In this document: piece by piece, positions 50,199 to 61,572 of the stretch
Numbering within the stretch: the stretch's first letter is position 1
How the letters are laid out: every line of letters starts with the position of its first letter
Assembly (NCBI GenBank): GCA_050273025.1
Contig: CP158635.1
Span: 28,086,001 to 28,150,000, forward strand
Direction: 5' to 3'
Length of the DNA stretch: 64,000 nucleotides
From: Cenococcum geophilum
Taxonomy: Eukaryota
Made by a program: the position numbers and the translations under genes
The notes under the pieces: model-generated
Databases searched by the model: none
What the model saw: only the letters and a program-made list of their open reading frames with translations
What the model was told of the DNA's origin: nothing

Positions 50199-52520
50199 AT
50201 GCGTAACTTTATTGCGCTTGCATGGAAGGATCGGAGCATCCGCCACCAAGCTAATCGTGCATCAATTCATCCTGTATCTGGCCCAACATCGGGATCCTCG
50301 CCGGACCGAGAGGATGTCGGCTTCAAGTCTTGGCACTCATCACTTGTCCGAATTCCAAGCTGGCCCGAAGAAGCAAGACCATTGAAGGAACGCAATTGGA
50401 TATCGAATTTATACCTTGTGGGAGACATTGTTTTAGTATTAGCACCAATATTTTTTCTACGTGAGTTCCCTATAGCTCAATATGCACTAGGCTGCGATCT
50501 AACACTCGAAGTTTTGGGTATTGCTGCCATTACCCTACATCGAAAGCCGACTGAGGGTAATTCATTTGGCTCTAAGGTTGGGTTTGCAACCCAACTTGTA
50601 AGTGTTGTGTAATGCAGTTAGGGCGCAACTGATGCGTAAAAGGGACCGACTATCTTCCCAATCGTTTTCGCTGCCATTATTGGACGAAGCATGAAGATGA
50701 TTGCTCGATACCTGGCTGAGAAGGGAGCAAAGCTCAGCGTATGTCTCCTAACTTAGTCATAAGTGAATCAGAGGAAGGCTAAACTTGAAAACTAGACCTT
50801 AGAGCTTATGATGGCTAGCCAATCCGTGTGGGGAACCGTTGAGAGTCAACTTTTGATGAGGCGTCTTACCGTTGTTGGTATTCACTTGCTCTTTCTATGG
50901 TCTCTTTCTCCCCTGGGGGGCCAGGCGTCACTTCGACTTCTTCAGACAGCAGACTGGCCGCAGTACACTTCGGCAAAGCTCCGATATTTGACGACTGGAC
51001 CGGGCGGGTCTATGTGGGGCTTGGGGACAATTTACGATGGCGGCCAAGGATTTAGAGATGTCAATGCGCTCTATGGAGCCTCACTGTTCGCACCGAACAC
51101 GATAAAATCCGGACCTCAAGACGCGTGGGGTAATGTGAAAATTCCCTCTTTAGAGCCGCTCAATGCATCTGAACACGATGCCGATGGCTGGTTTACAGTC
51201 CCAACAATCACTTCTGCCGAAGGCTACTCATCATTGATAGGCTTGCCCGTTGTCGGTCGACCATTAGATGCCGACGCGAACTTCAGCCTAGAATCGGCGT
51301 ATATCTCAGCACGGTGCGACCCGTTCGTCTTCATACCTGAGAAGAGTAATTTAAGTAACTATTACTCGCCGCAGTGGTGGTCACCGACGACTAACGACAC
51401 TATGTTTACCCAAACTTCCTTCTTCCTAGATACAGATCAACCAGGTTCTATCGGATATTTCTCTGGGCAGAGTCAAGATCAGATAACTGCCGCGAGACGA
51501 CTTGATAGCTTTTTTGGACATGAAAATAATTCTGCAACTGACGACCCATTAGCGACAAGTATGCGTAAGTTGATAATGGGATCCCTCTACCAAGGTGCAG
51601 TCAGCCTTGTGAACTGCTCTCTATCGCAAACCCATGTGGAAGCAATTGTCAATTGCACAAAGAGCCAATGTGGAGTTCAAAGGATACGGAGATCCCAGAC
51701 GGATGCACGTCTGACGAATTTCACTGGATTAGAGCATTTTGACATAGTGACTGGATTTCTTAAAAACCTTCCAACAGCGTTTAACACTGGTGCAGGTTCT
51801 ACACCGACTGAAAGATTTCTTTTTAACACAAACAGCATCCCTACTCATCAGACGACAGGTTTATTGAACGACGCGTTGTTGTCTGTACTGTTTGTAAACC
51901 TGACACAGGTGCCTATAGAGACCTTCTCCCGCCGCCTAAGCGTTATTCTCAACACTTATTATCAGCTGAGCGTTGCGCCGACAGGGTACAGCGGAGACCT
52001 CCCTCAAAATTTATCACTCTACGGACCGGATACGTTACCTGTCTCGGATGTCAACAAATATCTTCCGAGAAACGTCACAGCAGCCAATACCACCTTCTAC
52101 GACTGGTGGCCTCTATTCTTCAACACCGTCGGTCAGAACCCTGCTGGAGTACCATTCATCGGCGCAACAACGAATGGCACTATCGTGCATCACCAAGAGA
52201 TCTTCGTCTGTAATTTCGGTTGGCTATCCTTACTCCTTGCTGCCTCCAGTGTTATATTCTTTACAGGGCTGGCTGGTCTCTTACTTAAGCGAAAGACCCT
52301 AGCACCGGAACTCTTTGGCTTCGTTACGAGTATGACTTATGAAAATCCGTACATCAACATACTGGAAGGAGGAGTGCTAGACGCCATGGAGAGGGCTAGA
52401 CTACTGAAGGATTTGAAAGTGCGCGTAGGCGATGTGCAAGGAAGTGAAGAGGTGGGACATGTTGCTTTGGGCACAGGCGCGAATATACGGAGGCTAGAGA
52501 GAGGACGCCTGTACATCTGA
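50199..52520 (+). CDS. Uncharacterised fungal multi-pass membrane glycoprotein (exons 50199-50460, 50512-50597, 50643-50738, 50796-52520)
   Basis: Three GT-AG introns join the track ORFs in frame (...QL/GPTIFPIVFAAIIGR...KLS/TLELMMASQS...LWSLSPLGGQASLR). N-terminal TM helices, a large loop rich in N-x-S/T sites, and a C-terminal TM helix. Confidence 0.8.
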
Positions 52521-53674
52521 AGATATTAACGGTGGATCATATACTTCGAGTGCGGGCGTCTTCTCACTCATCCGGACTGGTTTGTACGATCATGCGTACT
52601 TGGAACTGTGGCAAAGCGTAAGAACGAGTTGGCCTTTGGGATAGGATTGATGTCTGAGGAGACTATTGGTTGGTGCGCTGGTCAAGTGTGATCAGTTCGC
52701 ACTGCTTCAAAGGTCTTAAAGGAAAGAGACTCATAGATGGGGTGGGTTTCAGTGCGAGGCAGCAAGAGAGCTGGAATTTCAAGGAAGGTCAAAATTGAAG
52801 ACGAGGCTGGCCGACAAAGACGCATGACTGTTCATCCTTCTCGTTTCGAACCTCGCTGGTTCATGGGTTGTCTTCGGAGTACGAGTGCTTGCTGGTGGCC
52901 AGTCCTTTCACATAAACAAGTCGTCGATGTGACCTGCCCGTTGTGGTGGCGTTTTGAGGCTTGGGAAGTGATTAAGGACATGGACAAGGAAAAAGACGGT
53001 CTCGGTTGCTACGATGCAAGCCGGCGAGTCACCAGCAACGCTCACCAATTGACCCTTGTCAGCTGGGGCAGTCTCGCGAAGGTGAGACTTGGCGCGAAAC
53101 AAGCCGGGCATGCCAGGGGAACCGGACCTTTTCGCGGGCCGACTAGCGAATAAAACTCAACCACACAACGACGACATCGACGCATGAAACATCACCCTCC
53201 TAGCTGCCAGCACCATCTGGCCGTCGTTGCGTCCAGGGCATAGTCATGGCTACCCAGCGCGGTAATGTACCTGCATCAATCTACAAGAGCTGATCAACTT
53301 TGCTTGGCTGTCATGCTTGCTAATACCCTCGACGCTGTGTTTCACGGCCTAAAACGCGTTTCTTGGGGCGAGTCATCTTGAAATTCTCCTTGAATATGGT
53401 CGATCTCGAAACTTCGTTCCTGATTGACGGATCTTAGAATAGATGAATCAAAAATTGAGCTTCTGAGGATGCTGCATGAGAAATTATATAAGGCCTTTGC
53501 TTGGCTGCTTGGTTTCTTCCTCACTCACTACACACTCTCTGAGCGCTGTGCATTCTTTTTTGTACATACCTAGTACTTTCCAGTCTTCTATTCTTCTTCT
53601 AGCTGGTCTAGTAAAATTTTGAGCTCCTTCTACACTCTTTCCCTGAAACCTTTTGAGTACCCTGCGATACCACC

Positions 53675-54886
53675 ATGCCTCTACGAACAACATTGAAGGC
53701 GCTAGCCGCTTTGCTTCTTACCTCGTCGGCAGATGCTCATATGATCATGGCCAGTCCAGTTCCGTTTAGTGTCGACAGCATCACCAATGCTCCTATCACA
53801 GCAGCCCAATATCCTTGCCAATCGAATGCTGGCTTCACCATCTCACAAATGAACAACATGAAAGTTGGAGATACTCAGAGTCTCTCTTTTAAAGGTTCCG
53901 CAGTTCATGGAGGGGGAAGCTGCCAGCTCAGCATCACAACTGACAAGGTCCCAACTGCCAACTCCAAGTTCAAGGTCATCATGTCCATGGAAGGAGGCTG
54001 CCCAGGCATCGACGGGCCCAAAGACTTCAGCTTCAAGATCCCAGACAGCATCCCCAACGGGCAAGTCACCCTCGCGTGGACTTGGTTTTCCAGACTGAGC
54101 GGCGGACCGGAGCTGTATATGAACTGCGCCCCCGTCACGGTTACCGGCGGCGCTAGCGACACATCCAAGTTCGACCAACTGCCGGACATGTTTGTCGCCA
54201 ACATCGCCTCGGTCGACTGCAAGAGTCCGCCAAACCTCAACGTGCTGTTCCCCGACCCCGGCCAGAACGTCGTCACCGACGAGTCGGCCGCCAAGAACGA
54301 GGCCCCTACCGGTGCTGGCTGCGGTAAAGCCATCGCAGGCGGCGGCGGCGCATCCGCATCCGGCGGCGCGACCTCCGCCGCGGCCGGCCAGTCCTCTGCT
54401 GCCGTTTTCCAGCCCTCCGCCATCCAGTCCTCCGCCGCCGCGGCCATCCCAACCAGCAACCCAGGCGGCGTCTTCGCGCCCAGCGCCTCCAGCGCCGCGG
54501 CCATCGAACCGACCTCGACCATGACGACGCTCGTGACCGTAACCGCCTCTCTCTCCGACCCCGCCATGACGACCTCCGCCCCCGCAGCCTCCGAGCCCGC
54601 AGCTTCCGAACCCGTAGCTTCCGAGCCCGCGGCCTCCGCCTCCGCCCCCGCCGCCGCGGTGCCCACCTCGCCCGGCGGCGGCAACACGGGCTGCACGACC
54701 AATGGCGCGGTGCTCTGCAATGGCCCGACGCAGTTCGGGCTGTGCAATGACGGGAAGGTTGTCTGGCAGCCTGTTGCGGCGGGGACGACGTGCTCGAATG
54801 GGCAGATTACACGGCGCGCTTTTCATCGCCAGTTGAGGGGGCGCGTGGCGTTGCCGAGGGCTGAGGATGCTGTGGAGAGGATGTGA
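53675..54886 (+). CDS. AA11-family lytic polysaccharide monooxygenase with S/A/P linker and C-terminal Cys-rich (X278-like) module
   Basis: Signal peptide ends ADA|HMIM (N-terminal His). GSAVHGGGSCQLS, AWTWF and ELYMNCA motifs. C-terminal CTTNGAVLC...FGLC...GTTC module. Confidence 0.92.
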   Translation: MPLRTTLKALAALLLTSSADAHMIMASPVPFSVDSITNAPITAAQYPCQSNAGFTISQMNNMKVGDTQSLSFKGSAVHGGGSCQLSITTDKVPTANSKFKVIMSMEGGCPGIDGPKDFSFKIPDSIPNGQVTLAWTWFSRLSGGPELYMNCAPVTVTGGASDTSKFDQLPDMFVANIASVDCKSPPNLNVLFPDPGQNVVTDESAAKNEAPTGAGCGKAIAGGGGASASGGATSAAAGQSSAAVFQPSAIQSSAAAAIPTSNPGGVFAPSASSAAAIEPTSTMTTLVTVTASLSDPAMTTSAPAASEPAASEPVASEPAASASAPAAAVPTSPGGGNTGCTTNGAVLCNGPTQFGLCNDGKVVWQPVAAGTTCSNGQITRRAFHRQLRGRVALPRAEDAVERM

Positions 54887-55752
54887 GGGGTGTGAGAGGT
54901 GGAGTTGGGGGTGGTTGAGTGGAATGCGCATTGGTTTGGGTTGGTTGTTTGGGAGGGCTTTGCAATAGATTCGCTGGTGGGATGGGGATTTAGGGATTAG
55001 GGGCTAGAAGCTGCATTTTCCTTTTTACTCTTCTTTTCCTTTTCTGGGTCTTGGGATTGGGGGTGGGTCGGCGCGTCGCATTTTCCGGCGTTGGGAAATT
55101 CTGCATTTTAGAAATGGCACTCAGGTGCTCTCTCTCCAGTTACAAGGTACACTCCTGGCGCTCGATCGGCCAAAAAAAACCCCTGTTCGAAAATCCTTGC
55201 ATCTTTTTCCTGGCTTGGTGAAATCCTTGCATGACCTTGGATGTGACCTATATTAAGCTTTGGCCTGCCGGTTGTTTCGGCAGGGGTGCTGTGGCGGTGT
55301 TGCTGATCTCGGTTCCTGATTTCGGTGACCACTCGTTCGCAAGGCTGTGGTGCGAGGTGAGGCAGGCTACTGTGCTGGTTAGGTAGGGGAATGCGGTTTT
55401 TAGATGTTGGTAGGTTTGTGTTGGAGCTCGTCTGGACGACTTCTGCATATACACGGGATGATCATGTTTGGGGTGTGGAGTAGGGTTTGAGGTGGATGGG
55501 AGCTTGGAATAATCATTTGGTGCACTTTGTAGGAATATCATTCTTATCGATAAGAATTAGGCCAATTGGAGAGGTTAGGTAAATACAAAATACCCAATCA
55601 ATAATAATAGCGAATCTTCATCGATAACCGATGGGCGCTGACGGGTTAAGGGATAATATTGTTTTTGTATGGGTCTCTATCTTCCGCTCAACCTCGACCT
55701 TTCCTAGTCCTCCCTGCTACCCCCTCCCCCCCTCTGCCCTCCATTTTTCCCC

Positions 55753-57480
55753 TCACCCCCTCCTCCTCCCGATAACAACTCTCCTAGCCAGCGGCGTCTC
55801 TCCCAGCGACATCCCCGAGGCCCCTGTCCCACCCATCTCCACATCTACAGCCACAGGGGCGCCGTCCTCACCCTCCCGCGGCAGCCGTAGCGCCAGGAAT
55901 GCCTCCTCGGCCGGCGCCGCGGTGTCGAAGACGGCGTCCATGTACTTCTCAACCTCTTCCGGCGGGTGCACGGCGCGCGCGAGCCATTCGAGCACGCGCG
56001 GGTCGCCAGCTGATACGAGTGCTGTGACGGGCTGGTAGAGCTCTGGCTTGGGTTCTGGCGGGGCGGTGAGCTTGGCGGGGGTGGGAGTGGTGGTTGAAGT
56101 GATGGTTGAAGTGATGGTTGAAGTGGTAGTTGTAATGGTGGTGGCATCCGGAGCGGATTTTGGCGTGGCGGGTGTGGGTGGTATGGGGTTGGTGGTGGTG
56201 GACGGGGGCTGTTGTTTGGATTTGGTAACGAGGAACGAGGCGCGGACTTGGCGACCGCCGGGGAGGTACTCGAGGATGCTGTGTTCGGGGAAGTGCAGGC
56301 GGTCGCCGTTGCCTTCGTGAAATTCGAAGTAGATGGGGCGGAGAGCGGGTTTTTGGGGAGGGCCCAGAGGCGGGTAGGGGCTGGAGTGTGGTTGTCCAGG
56401 TACGTTGTAATGTGAGTATGGCGTCTGAGGTGGCTGTGGGGTGGGACTAGGTCCTGTAGGTGTTGCTGCGGGCGCCGGTAAGTTGAGTTTAGCTGGAGCA
56501 CTCTTCGGAGGTGGAGGTGGAGGAGGCAGTTTGGGTTTCGCTGCCTGAGCTGCCTTTTGAGCTTCGAGGATCTTGGTCAACTCATTTATGTGACCCTGGA
56601 AGAATTCAAGCTGCTGGGCCGTGGCCTGTCCTGCAGCAACTATCTTCATGACAGCCTTCAGTTCTACATCAGTGCCCGCCCGTTGGGCAAGCATGTGAAT
56701 GACTGGATCTGGAGCAGCTTGCGCAGCAGGTGTTGGGGTTGTCCTAGCGGGTTGCCCCGCGACAGGTGTTGAAGGAGTGCCTGTGTGTGATTGTGGTGTC
56801 GGCTGATTAGGACGAGATTGTTGTGACATAGGCGCTTTCGGTGTTGATGTTTGATGAACGGGCTGATACGGCGAGAAAGAAGTACCGGGAGTCGCGCTAT
56901 ATTGGTGCATATGCCTTTGAGCTGACGCTGGTAGAGGCGGTTCTTTCACGGTATAGAGGGTTATAGTGAAAATATGTGGATCTATCGTCAAATTGCCCTC
57001 TCCGATTCTAATCATAGCTTTGAGTAAAGCCTTGTCCCTGGCCATTGCCTCCTTATCCTCTGCGGTCCGGTCCTTCAGCTTTTTGACAGTTGTGGGTTTG
57101 GTATAGTATTTCTTGAAGTGGCAGCCGCTCAGCCATGTTTCTCGGGATCGCTTTAATGAGGCACCGAGAACACCACTACATAAGGAGGTTATTAGATGAC
57201 ATGTGACGCAGGTTTTGTGGATGACGTACCTTTGTATGAGCGATTGGAACTCATGGGCAGATAGGTCGGAGGGTTGTGGATCTGGGAGGGTTGGGAGAGG
57301 CTGACCGTCAATCAACTTCACAGGTAGTGGCTCTTGTACTGGCTCCAAGCCTTCCACAGGTGTTTGAACAATGGGAGTTGCCTCTTTGTTAGAGATAGCT
57401 GATCTCTTTCTTTTCAAAGTTGTTTCCTTCACAGGTTCGGCTTTGGCGGTCCTTGCTGATGTTCTTCGTCTTTCAGACAT
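55753..57480 (-). CDS. SWC3: SWR1-complex protein 3 (Swc3)-like protein; in-frame intron 57176-57229
   Basis: Motifs SGVLGASLKRSR, DPVIHMLAQRAGTD...QLEFFQGHI and FEF...DRLHFPEHSILEY recalled from Pezizomycotina Swc3-like proteins. A GTACGT...TAG 54-nt intron restores IQSGV. Confidence 0.72.
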   Translation of the reverse strand: MSERRRTSARTAKAEPVKETTLKRKRSAISNKEATPIVQTPVEGLEPVQEPLPVKLIDGQPLPTLPDPQPSDLSAHEFQSLIQRYVIHKTCVTCHLITSLCSGVLGASLKRSRETWLSGCHFKKYYTKPTTVKKLKDRTAEDKEAMARDKALLKAMIRIGEGNLTIDPHIFTITLYTVKEPPLPASAQRHMHQYSATPGTSFSPYQPVHQTSTPKAPMSQQSRPNQPTPQSHTGTPSTPVAGQPARTTPTPAAQAAPDPVIHMLAQRAGTDVELKAVMKIVAAGQATAQQLEFFQGHINELTKILEAQKAAQAAKPKLPPPPPPPKSAPAKLNLPAPAATPTGPSPTPQPPQTPYSHYNVPGQPHSSPYPPLGPPQKPALRPIYFEFHEGNGDRLHFPEHSILEYLPGGRQVRASFLVTKSKQQPPSTTTNPIPPTPATPKSAPDATTITTTTSTITSTITSTTTPTPAKLTAPPEPKPELYQPVTALVSAGDPRVLEWLARAVHPPEEVEKYMDAVFDTAAPAEEAFLALRLPREGEDGAPVAVDVEMGGTGASGMSLGETPLARRVVIGRRRG

Positions 57481-58144
57481 GTTGGCGAGAGACGGTGGGT
57501 ATTACCATGCAAAGATAAACTTGGTTGAGGGTGAGTTGGCACAATGGTGGATTTCGTTAGGTCATGAAGAGATTGAGATTTGGTGAAGGTGGCGGCGGCG
57601 GACAGCGCGCTAAGGAAATAGTTGGCGGAAAAAGTGGTGATGGAGGCGGAGAATGAAAGCCGGGTTTCTATTCACAGAGCGTGTGTGTGAAGGAAGAAAC
57701 GCAAATCAGACATATAACAGACAAGAGGTAGCAGGTTGGACCTCGCCGCCACGCAAGCCTAAAGACCTTGGCAGGCGCCACCCGATCACAGGCAAGCGGG
57801 CCATACAGGTCCCGACATCAAGTCAACCACCATGCCATCAAATCGTCTCCCGTATCGATTGCCAACTAAAGCACATAAAATTGGACTACCGCACATTAGT
57901 CATACGGATTCGCTGCATTCGGACTACTTGCAGGCCTCATAAATTAGCAGCCAGCATAAGGAAATTTGCGAAATGCGTCTAATGTGCTACGGACATGCTC
58001 GAAACCCTGCTCGCCAGGGGCAGACCCGCACTCGTCCAACTACATTGGGGAATCCTTCATAACGCTATGGGCAAAAGTAGGTGAAATGTCTCTCTTAAAG
58101 TCCTGCGGTCCTCCCATGGAGGATCTGCGCTCAACTCGCTCTCG

Positions 58145-59080
58145 ATGAGAATGTTGCTTTCTTCAGGACTTCTGTCTATATTCGCCCTTCTGTCCCGGGC
58201 ACTCGCACAGTCCTGCCACTTCCTAGATGGCTCTGTAGCGAGTTCTGATGTCCCCTGCAATCCATTAGCGCTGGTAAGCGCTTACTGTTTTTCAGACCAG
58301 GCTTGTCTCTCAAATGATCATTTCCCGCGAGGGCAGCCAATAGAGGGGTTTCGATGGAACGATATATTCGTTCGATATGATCGACGTACCAAATATTGAT
58401 CCTGTTCCTCACCAAAATCTTCCTCACTTCCGCTCGAATTCGGTGAATCGTCGCGAAGTACTAGCCAGTCCTCTATACGAGCTTCGCTCTAAATAGCCTT
58501 ATCGACGGTTTTGCGGATAAAATTGGGTAGTTACGAAGGTTGGCTTGACGCGGCCGAGACAGCGCTGTGCGCGCGACGCAGCTGCTTTACTATATCAACG
58601 GTAGATTCGACATCACGTATAGGATCAAAAGACATAGGGGTGAGGGCAAAATGTGGAAAATATGAGGCTGTTTGGAGGGCTCAATCAAACGTGTAAACGT
58701 TCAAAGATTTCGATGTTATGCAACATCGTTTCAGACGATATTTGCCAAGAACTAGGTTCGATATTTTAAACGACTAACTAAATACTGCTAGTGAGTGTCG
58801 ATCGCTCGTTTCGACTTGCTTACACTAAATATCGAACGAATATATCGTTCCATCGAAACCCCTCTATGGGGCTGGATGGAACGACGAGGGGAAAACAATG
58901 GGCAGATCTAGTGATGGTTGGACATGCTACATAGCGTTAATTTCGGCATTAGCGACGTCTTCAGTATGCGTTCTTTGGACTGGTATTTGGGACCGGGCTG
59001 TGCGATAATTCTCCATTCTTCTCACGGAAATCCGAATTGGGCAAGCCGACGAAATGGTAGTTCGGTGGATGAAGGTTTAG
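58145..59080 (+). pseudogene. Disrupted gene for a secreted/surface Cys-rich protein (signal peptide + C-x-F-x-x-G...PC...CLSNGLC type)
   Basis: The signal peptide and Cys motif run to CLSN at 58315. GLC..SPFFSR resumes at ~58996, followed by a frameshifted NPNWAS. The interval contains a MITE. Confidence 0.55.
58343..58864. mobile_element. MITE (522 bp), Tc1/mariner-type TA target duplication
   Basis: Perfect 36-bp TIRs GAGGGGTTTCGATGGAACGATATATTCGTTCGATAT at 58343-58378 and 58829-58864, with TA on each side and no transposase. Confidence 0.9.
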
Positions 59081-59700
59081 ACATAATGTCGGCATGATGG
59101 GCTTCCCGGCAAGTGGGTGAAGGGTGAGATTTAAAATAACTTATTCTGCACGTTCTGGTGGCGTAAGGCGGGTGGCGACCAAGGATTCTTCGTTGGTGGA
59201 GCTGAGCAGTTCGCCTTGGCATCCAAACATGCCCCGTTGAGGAAGCTAATGCTATGTAATCCGCACGTGCATGCCAAGCTTCCCACTTTGTGGATAACAC
59301 TGACAGCTATCCTTTCAACGCTGTCACTATACATCTTCTTCCAGTATATATAAATGATCCTTGAACAGGTGAGGCCTATCCTATTTTTATGTGCGCAGAC
59401 GGAAAACCGCGAGCCTTTGCGGTGTCGAGATGATTCCTTATCAGTATGAGTGTTCGCAGCCTAATAGGCCAGGCAACAAGTACACGTTTCATCTTTTCTT
59501 GTAAAAAGCATTCGATAGACTTGAATATTTAATTCGTACCCATTCGATACGCCGAAATTCCAGTACCATTGTTTCCTATAAATGCTAAAGTCATCTTTTG
59601 TGACCAGTAATTTATCCTCCTGTGTTCCTAGGACGCTTTTCAAACTTAATATTCCTCTCTTCCTCATACTCTGATCGCGCTCCTGATTATTTGAACTAGG

Positions 59701-61310
59701 ATGGTGGACCTAGATCCCATATTAAAAAGAGCCTACTGGGCCTTAGCCGGTTTAGGGGGTGTATACACCATCTTCCTTCTCTGCCTAACGAATCATTCCC
59801 TGCAGCGGCAGTACGTCAGCCATTCCCACCTCTTTATCTCTATGCCACTGTTAATACTATGAACAGTGCTCTATACGCCCATAAATTCCACACCGGCTTT
59901 TGGCACGATATTGACAATCCGGAATCCTTCGGTTTCGCAAGTATGAAAACAGCCCCTGAGCTCTTTGAATGAAAGGGAAGGAATCAACCGCCTAACGCCT
60001 GGCAGAGAACCAAGTAACACCATTCAATCTCACCACCCCTGACGGCGAGACCCTCTACTGCTGGCACATCCTCCCCTTAGACGTCTACGCCGAACACGAG
60101 CGCGAAATCACAGCTCAGCCCTCCGGCCCAGCCGACGATCTCACGAAGACAGTCGGCTACAAGCTGCTAAAAGCCGACCCAAAAAGCCGGGTCATAATAA
60201 ACTGTACGCTCTCTCCCCTCCCCCTCAAATACCCCGCTAATGCCCCGCTAACCAACCCCTCCAGTCCACGGCGTGAGTCTTCGCTCACCCTCTCTCCCCA
60301 TTCCATCCCCCAACCACCACTCCTCCATCCACCCCTTACTAACCCTCCCCCCTTAGAACGCCGGCCACGTCGCCCAAGGCTGGCGCACAAACACCTACGC
60401 CTCCCTCACCACCCTCGCACACACCCACATCCTAACCTGCGACTACCGCGGCTTCGGCCGCTCCACCGGCACGCCCACCGAACCCGGCCTCCTAACCGAC
60501 GGCATCGCCCTGACCCACTTCGTCCTGCACACACTCTCCCACCCCTCCACCCGCACGCTGCTCCTCGGCCAATCCCTCGGCACCGCCATCACCGCGGGCG
60601 TGGCTCTGCACTATGCCGACCCGGGCTCGCCGGCCCTGCCCGCCGCGATCGCGCGCCCGCCGGCGGCCGGCGGCAAGGGCGGCGGCGGCCCGCAGCGCTT
60701 CGCGGGCGTCGTGCTGGTCGCTGCGTTCCCGTCGCTGCCGGAGCTGCTGAAGACGTACCGGATCGGGGGGTTCTTGCCCGTGCTGTCGCCGCTGCGGCCG
60801 TATCCGTACCTCACCTCTCTGCTCGAGAAGCGGGTTGTGGATACGTGGGCGACGGGGGCACGGATGGCGGCGCTGGTGGGGGCGGCGGGGAGGGGTGGGG
60901 TGGGGGTTAGGGTTACCGTGCTGCATGCGAGGGATGATGGCGATATTAGCTGGAAGCTTGGCGAGGAGGTGTTTAAGGGGATGGAGCGGGTTATGATGGG
61001 GGAGGAAGGTGTGGTGAGGACCGACGAGCGGAGGAGCGTGCTTGGGCGGGAGAGGGTCACGCGGGGCGCGGTGGTGTACCGGGCTGTGGAGGATTGGGCG
61101 GGGAGCGCGGAGAGGGTGGTGGAGTTGGAGGTGGTCAGGCATGGAGGTGAGTTCGGTGCTGTTTCTTACAGTCCTATGCAGAGGTTTGGAGAGGGATGGA
61201 TGGCGGGATTGGACGTGTATAACATTGCGCTAACTGGTACAGGACACAACCGCATCATGACCTTTGCACCCGTAGCTCTCGCGGTAACTAGGGCGTTCGA
61301 ATCCGTATAG
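59701..61310 (+). CDS. Alpha/beta-hydrolase of the ABHD12/BEM46 type (exons 59701-59810, 59867-59940, 60006-60203, 60265-60272, 60357-61146, 61243-61310)
   Basis: Five GT-AG introns give a continuous frame: N-terminal TM, NFHGNAGH, DYRGFG, GQSLG nucleophile, HARDD acid and GGHN histidine. Confidence 0.88.
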
Positions 61311-61572
61311 ACAGCAAAATCTCACACGAGAAACTGGGGTATAGAAATGGGTTAGATAGCAAGAGCCGAGTCGAGTCCAGTTCATTTTCATCCACTATTA
61401 CACTATTCATACACCCATCTTTTCCAAACCCAGAAAACCCAAGATCCTCTAAATGCAAGCCCATGAAACGCGCCAGGACATCTATAATGATGATATGCGC
61501 GCCGTCCCGTTCGTCCAAGCTAATACAATTCTTTGAAAATGCCACTCCCAAATACTAGTCCTATAACCCTGC

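Noticed and set aside
52737..53153. 138-aa ORF between the membrane gene and AA11 (also 57653-57982 and 49473-49808)
   Set aside because: No recognisable motif, signal peptide or codon bias, and located in promoter/intergenic space.
53843..54931. Long antisense/overlapping ORFs over AA11 (likewise over Swc3, the hydrolase and EF-G)
   Set aside because: Shadow ORFs caused by high GC3 codon bias; no motifs and low-complexity translations.
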